Part shown: positions 43,997 through 52,815 of the stretch, piece by piece | How the letters are laid out: every line of letters begins with the position of its first letter | How positions within the stretch are numbered: the first letter of the stretch is position 1 | Source of the DNA: Candidatus Latescibacterota bacterium | Lineage (GTDB): Bacteria; Latescibacterota; UBA2968; GCA-2709665 | Direction of reading: 5' to 3' | DNA: 64,000 nucleotides | Assembly (NCBI GenBank): GCA_963662665.2 | Contig: CAXXJS010000021.1 | Span: forward strand, 77,087-141,086 | Notes under the pieces: model-generated | What the model was told of the DNA's origin: nothing | Database searches by the model: none | Seen by the model: only the letters and a program-made list of their open reading frames with translations | Program-made: the position numbers and the translations under genes

Positions 43997-46690
43997 ATGG
44001 GAGAACAGGCCGTGCTCGAAAAAAAGTACGATCCGGGGTCGGTTGAAACGACCTGGTACGCATTTTGGGAGTCGAAGGGTTATTTCCGGCCGGAATACAG
44101 GGCCGCCGGCAAGGCGTATTCCATCACGATTCCACCGCCGAATGTCACCGGAGAGCTCCACATGGGGCACGCGCTGCAGCATGCGATTCATGATGCCGTG
44201 GTGCGATGGAAACGCATGCAGGGGTATCGAACGCTCTGCCTTCCCGGTACAGACCACGCCGGTATTGCCACTCAGATGAAGGTAGAACAACAGCTCTTCA
44301 AAGAGGAACGAAAAGGACGCCACGATATTGGTCGTGAAGAGATGTTGAAGCGGATCGAGGTCTGGAAACAGGAATACGGTGGAACCATTCTTAAACAACT
44401 CCGGGAAATGGGTTGCAGCTACGACTGGGACCGTGAACGGTTTACCATGGATCGTGGGTACGTCCGGGCCGTTTTATCGGCTTTTGTGCGATTTTATGAA
44501 AAGGGTTGGGTCTACCGCGGCAAGCGGATGGTAAACTGGTGCCCGAAATGCGGCACGGGTCATATCGGATCTGGAAGTGGAGGAGCGGGATCTTGAGGGG
44601 CACCTGTGGCATATTCGGTATCCGGGTCTGGACGGTGGGCCGGACGTAGTGGTTGCCACGACCCGCCCTGAGACGATGTTGGGGGACACGGGTGTGGCGG
44701 TGCATCCCGATGACGGACGCTGGAAGCGGGCAATTGGCGGCCGAGTCATGTTGCCGCTTATGGAGCGGCCGATTCCGATTGTGGCCGATCGGTACGCGGA
44801 CCCGGAGATGGGTAGCGGCGCGGTCAAGGTGACGCCCGCACACGATCCCAATGACTACGAAATCGGGTTGCGGCACGGGTTGCCGGAGATCCAGGTCATC
44901 GGATTCAGCGGAGAGATGAACGAGGACGCCGGATCGTATTGCGGCATGGACCGGTTTGGCCTGCCGAAACGCGGTGATTGCGGCCCTGAAGGAGTCGGGG
45001 TTACTCGATCACATTGAGGATTACGAACATATGGTGCCGCACCACGACAAGTGCGGCACTCCGATCGAGCCGCTGCCGATGGACCAGTGGTTTCTGGCCA
45101 TGAGATCCCTTGCAGACCAGGCTCTGCCGGCCTTGAGAAAGCAGGAGATCAGATACGTTCCGGATCGCTTTCGGGTATATTCCGTCGAGTGGCTGGAGAA
45201 CATCCAGGATTGGTGCATCTCCCGTCAGATCTGGTGGGGGGCACCGTATCCCGGTGTGGACCTGTGAAGACTGCGGAGACGTGCTGGTCCGTGTGGATGC
45301 GCCTGTGTGTTGCGGCGCCTGCGGTAGCCGGAAACTTGTGCAGGATCCGGACGTTCTGGACACCTGGTTTTCATCGGCCCTCTGGCCCTTCGCCACCCTC
45401 GGATGGCCGGCTCCCGCCGAGGACCTGAAGGTGTATCATCCAACCGATCTGATGATCACCGGCAGGGACATTCTCTTCCTGTGGGTGGCGCGGATGGTCC
45501 ATGACGGCCGTGGAGTTCGTCGATGAAATTCCTTTCGGAAGGGTTCTTGTACACCCGGACCGTCCAGACGCGCGACGGCAGACGGATGAGCAAGTCACTG
45601 GGTACCGGAATCGATCCCAGGGAACTGATCGAACGGTACGGCGCGGACGCTACCCGACTGTCGTTGCTTTACCAGTGCGGCAGTTCACAGGACATTCGAT
45701 TTGACGCCGAGGTTGTAGACAACCAATTACAGGACTCGCCCATAACGGAGGCCTGCAGGAACTTCTGCAACAAGATCTGGAACGCGGCGCGGTTTGTACA
45801 GATGAACGTGGACGTGGATGACTCCCGGTACAACCGCGTCGCCGCCGGCGTCGCCCGTTGATCCTGCGGATCGTTGGATACTCAGCCAGTACAACCGCAC
45901 GGTGCGCGCCGTAACGGCATCTCTGGAGGCCTATCGTTTTGACGAAGCATCCAGAACCCTGTACGAATTCGTATGGAACGCGTATTGCGACTGGTACCTC
46001 GAAATCGCCAAGGTGAGACTGAATGCCGGCGATCCGGAAACCGACAAGACCGTTCGGGACGTACTCGTCCACGTTCTTGAGGGCTCGCTGCGTCTGCTGC
46101 ATCCGATGGCCCCGTTTATCTCCGAAGCGCTGTGGCAGCAATTGCCGCACTCCGGAGAAGCGCTGATTGTTGCGAAGTGGCCGGCGGCGAATTCGAAACG
46201 AATCGACGAGACGGCGGAACGTGAGGTGGCGCTATTGCAGACGGTCGTGGGTGCGGTCCGGAATATTCGTGGTACGATGCGGGTGCCGCCGGGAAGACGC
46301 GCGGACCTCCACTTGAAGGTGAATTCGACCCGAATCGAGGGCGTCCTGAACCGATTCAGGGATTACCTGCGCGCGCTCGCCAGGGTAGAGAACCTTCGCA
46401 TCGGTGCCGATATCATCCGCCCGCCGGCTTCTGCGAGCGCCGTCTTGAGCGATGTCGAGATCTTTGTGCCCTTACAGGGGCTGATCGATCTCGACGTTGA
46501 ACGCCAGCGCCTGCAGAAGGAGATCGACAAGCTGGAGGGCCTGCTGGGCGGGCTGGACCGGAAGCTGGGGAACGCCGGATTTCTGAACAATGCGCCCGCA
46601 GAGGTCGTCTCCAGGGAGAAGGGACGCCACGAGCAGTACCGGAGTGCGCTGGGCAGGTTGAACGAGAATCTCGCGGCGGTCACGTCGTGA
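43997..46690 (+). CDS. valS: Valyl-tRNA synthetase, interrupted by six apparent +1 frameshifts (probably sequencing errors)
   Basis: PPPNVTG.LHMGH, ATTRPET, DWCISRQ.WWG, DTWFSS, RMSKS and C-terminal coiled coil, spread over seven consecutive ORF fragments. Confidence 0.95.
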
Positions 46691-46838
46691 AGCGACTGCC
46701 CGTAACACCGCGGTTGCTGCGGATCCGAATTCAGAGCCTTGCTGTGCGCGGGTCAACCGCGGTCGTACACGGCTGGAATGCCGTTTCGCCGGTCCGGCCC
46801 GGAAGCGTTTTACTTCATTCAGATTGGAAGACCTCGGG

Positions 46839-48992
46839 ATGTTGAGATATTACTCGCGGCGGATTCTGCTCTATTGTGTGATCTGCGTCCTGGTGTACGC
46901 GGGTATCGCTGGAGGGGTGGTGCTTCGATTCAAGGATGAGCTACCCTCCTTTTCGCAACTGGAAGAGGTGGAACCCGCGCGAACCACCAGCATCATCTCC
47001 GCCGACGGTGTCGTACTGAAGCGTTTCTGGGTCGAGAATCGGGTACCGATTACTTACAGCCAGATTCCCCAGGCCGCGATCTGGGCCCTGACCGCGACGG
47101 AGGATCAGCTCTTCTGGCGGCATTGGGGTGTGAGCCTTCCGGATATCTTCCGCGCCGTATTGCGCAACGTGACGCAGGAGGGCAGTCTGAAGGGCCACGG
47201 CGCCAGCACGATTACGCAGCAACTCGCCCGGAATCTGTTCCTGGACCAGAAACAGACATGGACGCGGAAAGTGAAGGAGCAGTTGACGGCGGTGCTGTTG
47301 GAGCGGACCTATACGAAACGGGAAATTATCGAGATATACTTCAACAAAGTCCTGTTCGGTAACGGTGCATACGGCATTCAGTCAGCGGCGGAACGTTTTT
47401 TCGGCAAGCCCGCGAGGGAGTTGACGCTGGAAGAATGCGCGCTGCTGGTTGGACTGCTCAGAGGACCCTATTTCTACTCACCGATCAACCATCCCGGACG
47501 GGCGAGAGACCGGCGTGACCTGGTGCTTCGTCTGATGCGCAGCACGGGTCGAATCACACAGGCACAATACCTTTCCGCCACGCAGCGAGACATTGTCCTG
47601 AAAGATCCCGAGGATGCGGAGATAGGTGAAGCGCCGTATTTTACGGAGTACATCCGTCGCTACCTGGAGAGAAATTACGGTTGGAATCTTCTGTATAAGG
47701 ACGGCGCGTCGGTCTATTCGACAGTGGACAGCCGTATCCAGTCCATTGCTGAAGAGACCCTGCTGAACCATCTGGATACGGTGCAGAAAAGGGTGGAGGC
47801 GAAACGACGGCGGAGCCCGCCGGATTCGACGTTCTGGGCAGAAATAAAAACCCGGGAAGATTCGCTGAGGGCCACGGTGGTGCAGGGAGCGCTGGTCGCG
47901 CTGGACACCCATACGGGACACATTCTGGCTATGGTGGGTGGCCGCGACTTCACCGAGACGAAATTCAACAGGGCCGTTCAGGCGCTACGCCAGCCGGGAT
48001 CGGCATTTAAGCCAATCATCTATGCGTCGGCAATCGCGCAAAAAATCCCGCCCACGCGCCGGTATCCGGATACGGCGGTTACGGTTGAGATGTACGACGG
48101 CAGCCTGTGGCGACCGCAGAACTACGATCGGAAGTTTCTGGGCTGGATGACGATGCGGGACGGCCTGGCCATGTCTCGGAACGTGGTGACAACAAAAATT
48201 CTGGAAGAGGTCGGGCCTCGAACCGCGGTGAATCAGGCAAAACGCATGGGAATTTCAAGCAGGATCCGGGCCGTGAAGTCCCTCGGCATGGGTACAAGTG
48301 AGGTAAAACTGATCGACCTGGTGTCCGCCTACGGGACCCTTCCCAACGGCGGCATCCTCGTGGAGCCGGTTGCTATTCTGAAGATCTCGGACAAGGACGG
48401 CAACGTTGTCGAAAGCCGGGTTCAGGGCCAGGAGCACGAGGCGCTCAGCGCGGAGGCGGCCGCCGTCGCAACAAACCTGCTTCGGTCCGTTATGGATATG
48501 CGCAAGCAGACACCGAAGGGAACCTGGCGGGGCACCGGTTCGGGCGCCCGTACGATATATGGGTTTCGACGGCCCGCGGCAGGGAAAACGGGTACCACTC
48601 AGAACTTCGCGGACACGTGGTTTGTAGGCTTTACGCCACAGATCGTTGCCGGCGTATGGGTAGGGTTCGACGATTATCGGGTCTCACTGGGAAACCGGAT
48701 GTCGGGTGCTGTCGTGGCACTGCCGGTGTGGGCGAAATTCATGAAGAGGGTACACGAAAAACTCGGATTGCCGCGGGAGGAATTCGAACTGCCGCCGGGC
48801 GTGGCGCAGTTGGAGGTATGCGGCGAAACGTATGAGATCGCGTCGATGTATTGCCCGAGTCGACTGAAGGAACTGTTCGTGCCGGGAGCCGAGCCGACGT
48901 CTCCCTGTCCGGACCATACGGCGGCAGTCGTCCGCCACCCGGACATGAAGAAGCAGGATCGGGAGAACGCGAAGCGAGCGTATCAGTTCTGA
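46839..48992 (+). CDS. Class A penicillin-binding protein (PBP1A family)
   Basis: TM anchor, ATED..F..H.G, GASTITQQL, SAFK, SRN, KTG. Confidence 0.95.
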   Translation: MLRYYSRRILLYCVICVLVYAGIAGGVVLRFKDELPSFSQLEEVEPARTTSIISADGVVLKRFWVENRVPITYSQIPQAAIWALTATEDQLFWRHWGVSLPDIFRAVLRNVTQEGSLKGHGASTITQQLARNLFLDQKQTWTRKVKEQLTAVLLERTYTKREIIEIYFNKVLFGNGAYGIQSAAERFFGKPARELTLEECALLVGLLRGPYFYSPINHPGRARDRRDLVLRLMRSTGRITQAQYLSATQRDIVLKDPEDAEIGEAPYFTEYIRRYLERNYGWNLLYKDGASVYSTVDSRIQSIAEETLLNHLDTVQKRVEAKRRRSPPDSTFWAEIKTREDSLRATVVQGALVALDTHTGHILAMVGGRDFTETKFNRAVQALRQPGSAFKPIIYASAIAQKIPPTRRYPDTAVTVEMYDGSLWRPQNYDRKFLGWMTMRDGLAMSRNVVTTKILEEVGPRTAVNQAKRMGISSRIRAVKSLGMGTSEVKLIDLVSAYGTLPNGGILVEPVAILKISDKDGNVVESRVQGQEHEALSAEAAAVATNLLRSVMDMRKQTPKGTWRGTGSGARTIYGFRRPAAGKTGTTQNFADTWFVGFTPQIVAGVWVGFDDYRVSLGNRMSGAVVALPVWAKFMKRVHEKLGLPREEFELPPGVAQLEVCGETYEIASMYCPSRLKELFVPGAEPTSPCPDHTAAVVRHPDMKKQDRENAKRAYQF

Positions 48993-49034
48993 ATGAAACG
49001 CGCAGTCCGCGCCCGTTCCGGCAGTGACATCAGG

Positions 49035-49087
49035 ACCGGCATGCAAGAAGCCCGGCGAAATTGGCGCCGGGCTTCTTGCATGCCGGT
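49035..49087. terminator. 23-bp perfect inverted repeat between convergent genes
   Basis: ACCGGCATGCAAGAAGCCCGGCG-7 nt-CGCCGGGCTTCTTGCATGCCGGT. Confidence 0.7.
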
Positions 49088-49100
49088 TCGGTTTGCCTGA

Positions 49101-51659
49101 TTACGCGCGCGCGCGGCGGGAGGCCGAGACAGCAGTCTCTTTCCGGCGGTCGAGGGCATTCTGCCACACCAGCACGAGAGGGCTGGCCACGAAGGAGGAA
49201 GAATAGGTTCCCACGATCACACCGATCATCAGGGCAAATGCAAAATCGTGGATAACCTCCCCGCCGAGGAGCAGCAGGCCAAGGACAACCAGCAGCGTTG
49301 TACCAGAAGTGAGGACCGTCCGGTTAAGGCTCTCGTTGATGCTCCGGTTGATCACTTCGGCCGAGCTGTCCCGCCGGTAGAGCCTCCGGTTTTCCCGGAT
49401 GCGATCGTATACCACGATCGTATCGTTCAGTGAATATCCGACAATCGTGAGCAACGCGGCCACAATGGCCAGAGAAATCTCTTTATCGAGGAGAGAAAAT
49501 ACGCCCAGAGTGAGCAGAACGTCGTGGAACAGCGCCACGACCGCGGCGATACCGAACTGGATCTGCTTGAAACGCCACCAGATGTAAAAGACGATCAGAA
49601 ACAGGGAGACGATAATCGCATTGACGGCGTTAAGTTTGAGTTCACTGCCAATCTTGGGTCCAACCGCCTCCTGACGCCTCAACCACTGAGTCGGATCGGG
49701 AATGCTGGACGCAAATTCCGACTTGAGCGTGTTCTTTATTGCGTCTGCCGTGACCGTCCCCTCCGTTTCTTCTTCGACGCGAATCAGAATATCGCTAGCC
49801 GGGCCGAAAACTTTGATTTCACTGTGTCTAAGGTCTCGTCTTTCACCCTTCACGTCCACGTCCTGCAGGGCGTCCCGCAGGTTTGCGACCTCGACCGGAG
49901 GATTGAAGTGCAACTCCAACAGGGTACCCCCCGCGAAGTCAATGCCGAGGTTGTACCCACCTTTGGTTATCGTGGAACCCAGACCGATCACGATGAGCGT
50001 CGCCGAAAGTACGAACGCAGGCTTACGCAGGTTCAGGAAGTCGAATGATGGACGACGGAATATGGTTATTCTGCCGATGCTGATGGAAGTTAGTTGCCAG
50101 CGATTGATGGCGATATTGAAGAGGGTCCGGGTGACGAAAAGGGCGGTGAACATACTGCAGAGAATGCCGACCATGAGCGTCAGAGCGAAACCGCGGATGG
50201 GACCTGTACCGAACTGGTAGAGCACGACGGCTGTGATTATCGTGGTGATGTTGGCGTCGACAATGGTAAGCAGGGCCCTGCCGTACCCGTCCTCAACGGC
50301 GACGCGGAGGGTCTTGCCGTTTCGCAACTCTTCACGGATACGCTCGAAGATCAGCACGTTGGCGTCGACGGCCATTCCGATGGTGAGAATGATCCCGGCA
50401 ATTCCAGGCAAGGTGAGCGTGCCGCCGAATCCCGCCAGAATCGCCATTACAAACAGGAGGTTGAGGATCAATGCAAAGTTGGCCACGATTCCGGAAAGGC
50501 CGTAGTAAAGAACCATGAACACCATAACGATTGACAGACCGATCAGTGCGGCCTTTCGTCCCTGCTCAATCGAATCCCGTCCGAGCGAGGGACCGACGGT
50601 TCGGTCTTCCACAATTGGCGCGTTGGCCGGAAGCGCCCCCGCACGCAGTACAATGGCCAGGTCTTTCGCCTCCTCAAGGTCGCCGCTACCTTCGATTATG
50701 GACCGGCCATCACGGATTTTCGCGCGAATGGTAGGCGCCGAGTAGACCTGGTCATCGAGTATGATGGCCATGCGTTCTTCGAGATTGGCGCCCGTTACCC
50801 TGGAGAAGCGTTTGATACCGTCGTTCGTTGTGGTAAAGTTGATTATGGGCTGCCCGGCATTTTCAAAACTCTGACCCTTGGTAACCTTGGCGTCCTGAAC
50901 GATGTCGCCGGTCATTTCGATGCGCTTGTACAGATAGAAGAGTCGACGGTATTCACGACCGTCTCCATACTCTTCCACTTCGTTACCCCAAAGGAACTCG
51001 GTATCGCCGGGGATGAGCTCCCGGATTTCCGGATCTTCGAACAGGATGCCCTTCACGGACTGTATCCTGTCGGCTGGAACAACCAGATCTCCACCCTCCC
51101 TCAATTCGAGCACGTGTCTTTTGATAGAGGGTTTTTCATCGACCGCTTCTTCTTCAAATAGACCGGCAACGTCCTTTCTTGTCGTGTCTTCTCCGGCTCT
51201 TGAGATCAGTCGGGCCTCAATTTTGTCGAGTACACCGGCGCGGTCGGTTACCGGTGCGAGGATTTTGAATTCGAGACGGGCCTGGGTCTGAATGAGATTC
51301 TTGGCGCGTTCCACGTCCTGTACGCCGGGAAGTTCCACAACAATTCGCCACTCGCCCTCCCGGTGGATAATGGGTTCGGCCACACCGAACTGATCGACCC
51401 GGTTGGTGATGATCTCCTTTACGCGGTCCACAACATCCGCCCGTTCGTCTTCGGAAAGGCCGGTCGGGTCGACCTCGAGAACCAGGTGGATGCCACCCTG
51501 GAGATCCAGCCCCAGGTTGACGGCCTCCCGTTTGAGGGCTTCAAGTCTGTCGGGGTTTGCAGGCGGGTCGAAATAATACCGGTACGTGGGAAACAGGTAA
51601 TACAACGCCAGCAGGATGGTTGCGAGGACAATCAGGATGCGGAGGCTGTCTCTTTTCAT
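49101..51659 (-). CDS. secDF: Fused protein translocase subunit SecDF
   Basis: LGLDLQGG, GMAVDANVLIFERIREE, GIDFAGG, GYSLNDTIVVYDRIRE. Confidence 0.97.
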   Translation of the reverse strand: MKRDSLRILIVLATILLALYYLFPTYRYYFDPPANPDRLEALKREAVNLGLDLQGGIHLVLEVDPTGLSEDERADVVDRVKEIITNRVDQFGVAEPIIHREGEWRIVVELPGVQDVERAKNLIQTQARLEFKILAPVTDRAGVLDKIEARLISRAGEDTTRKDVAGLFEEEAVDEKPSIKRHVLELREGGDLVVPADRIQSVKGILFEDPEIRELIPGDTEFLWGNEVEEYGDGREYRRLFYLYKRIEMTGDIVQDAKVTKGQSFENAGQPIINFTTTNDGIKRFSRVTGANLEERMAIILDDQVYSAPTIRAKIRDGRSIIEGSGDLEEAKDLAIVLRAGALPANAPIVEDRTVGPSLGRDSIEQGRKAALIGLSIVMVFMVLYYGLSGIVANFALILNLLFVMAILAGFGGTLTLPGIAGIILTIGMAVDANVLIFERIREELRNGKTLRVAVEDGYGRALLTIVDANITTIITAVVLYQFGTGPIRGFALTLMVGILCSMFTALFVTRTLFNIAINRWQLTSISIGRITIFRRPSFDFLNLRKPAFVLSATLIVIGLGSTITKGGYNLGIDFAGGTLLELHFNPPVEVANLRDALQDVDVKGERRDLRHSEIKVFGPASDILIRVEEETEGTVTADAIKNTLKSEFASSIPDPTQWLRRQEAVGPKIGSELKLNAVNAIIVSLFLIVFYIWWRFKQIQFGIAAVVALFHDVLLTLGVFSLLDKEISLAIVAALLTIVGYSLNDTIVVYDRIRENRRLYRRDSSAEVINRSINESLNRTVLTSGTTLLVVLGLLLLGGEVIHDFAFALMIGVIVGTYSSSFVASPLVLVWQNALDRRKETAVSASRRARA

Positions 51660-51745
51660 TGTTGGGTCTTGACTCCTGTGGATACGACGAGTCCTGAACG
51701 GGGATGACGGCAGGCGCCAAATGCTGCTCCTGAGGCCGCGGCGGC

Positions 51746-52711
51746 CTACTTGTGCCGGTCAACTACGTGTCTGACAGCGAGTTCAAGTGCGTTTCGGGCA
51801 TCCGATGATTTCAGTTCGGCCAGGCTCTTCAGACCTGACGAGGCGTACTCCCGTGCTTCCTGGCGTGCGGCCTCAATTCCTTCGTAACGCTGTACGAAGT
51901 GGAAAACTTCCTGGAGGTCGGCATCGGATTCAATACCGTTCCGTACTTTGGCATGTATCTGCTCGGCATCGCCGTTCGGGCAATTTGCCAGAGCGCGGAT
52001 CAACGGCAACGTCAGTTTTCTCTCGCGGACGTCGCTGCCCACCGGTTTACCGAGAGATTCTTCGTCGCCAATAAAGTCCAGAAGATCGTCGGTAATCTGG
52101 AAGGCGATTCCCACTTCCTTGCCGAACGTGGACATCCGCGAGACCTGCTCGGGTGTCCCGCCCCCCAATATGGCGCCAACCTCACAGGCCAGGGCCATCA
52201 GTGACGCGGTCTTCTTGTCTATCATGTTGAAATAGCGCGCAACCTCGGCGTCGTTGCCGCTCTCGACTTCCAGAATTTCGCCCTCGATCATCCGGCTGAC
52301 GGCGCGTGTGGCGGCACGCATGACATCCATGGAATCGAGACCGACCAGGAGGTGCAAGGCTCTGGCCAGCAGAAAGTCTCCCATCAGGACCGCCGCCTTG
52401 TTGCCCCATTTAAGGTTGAGGACTTCCGCGCCCCGACGTTTGTCGGCAAGATCGATGACGTCGTCGTGTATGAGCGTCGCTGTATGGATGATTTCAATGC
52501 CGGCCGCCGCATCCACGACCCTGTTTGAACATTGCCCGATGGCCTGTGCGGTCAGGAGAGAGAGGGCGGGACGAATGATTTTGCCCTTCGTCGTAAGAAT
52601 ATGGCTGCCCATTGCCCGAACCAGATTGACGTCGGATGCCAGCGTTTCCGTGAAACGTCTCTCAAAACGCTCGATCTGGGGTTGTATGGGCTGGAGAATC
52701 AGGTCTAACAT
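51746..52711 (-). CDS. Long-chain polyprenyl diphosphate synthase (IspB/HepT-like)
   Basis: GK.IRP, ATLIHDDVID..RRG, KTA, FQITDDLLD. Confidence 0.93.
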   Translation of the reverse strand: MLDLILQPIQPQIERFERRFTETLASDVNLVRAMGSHILTTKGKIIRPALSLLTAQAIGQCSNRVVDAAAGIEIIHTATLIHDDVIDLADKRRGAEVLNLKWGNKAAVLMGDFLLARALHLLVGLDSMDVMRAATRAVSRMIEGEILEVESGNDAEVARYFNMIDKKTASLMALACEVGAILGGGTPEQVSRMSTFGKEVGIAFQITDDLLDFIGDEESLGKPVGSDVRERKLTLPLIRALANCPNGDAEQIHAKVRNGIESDADLQEVFHFVQRYEGIEAARQEAREYASSGLKSLAELKSSDARNALELAVRHVVDRHK

Positions 52712-52815
52712 AGAGTATTGGGGTGGCCGTTTGAAAACGGCGTTTCCAACCTGTGAATCCTGCAATTTCAATATTGGGACAAGACCTTTCAACCTAACTA
52801 AAATACGTGTGTTTG

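Noticed and set aside
43997-46690. Programmed frameshifting or true pseudogenisation of valS
   Set aside because: Six same-direction indels in 2-6 nt runs, with no consistent slippery motif and no decay of motifs, fit sequencing error better.
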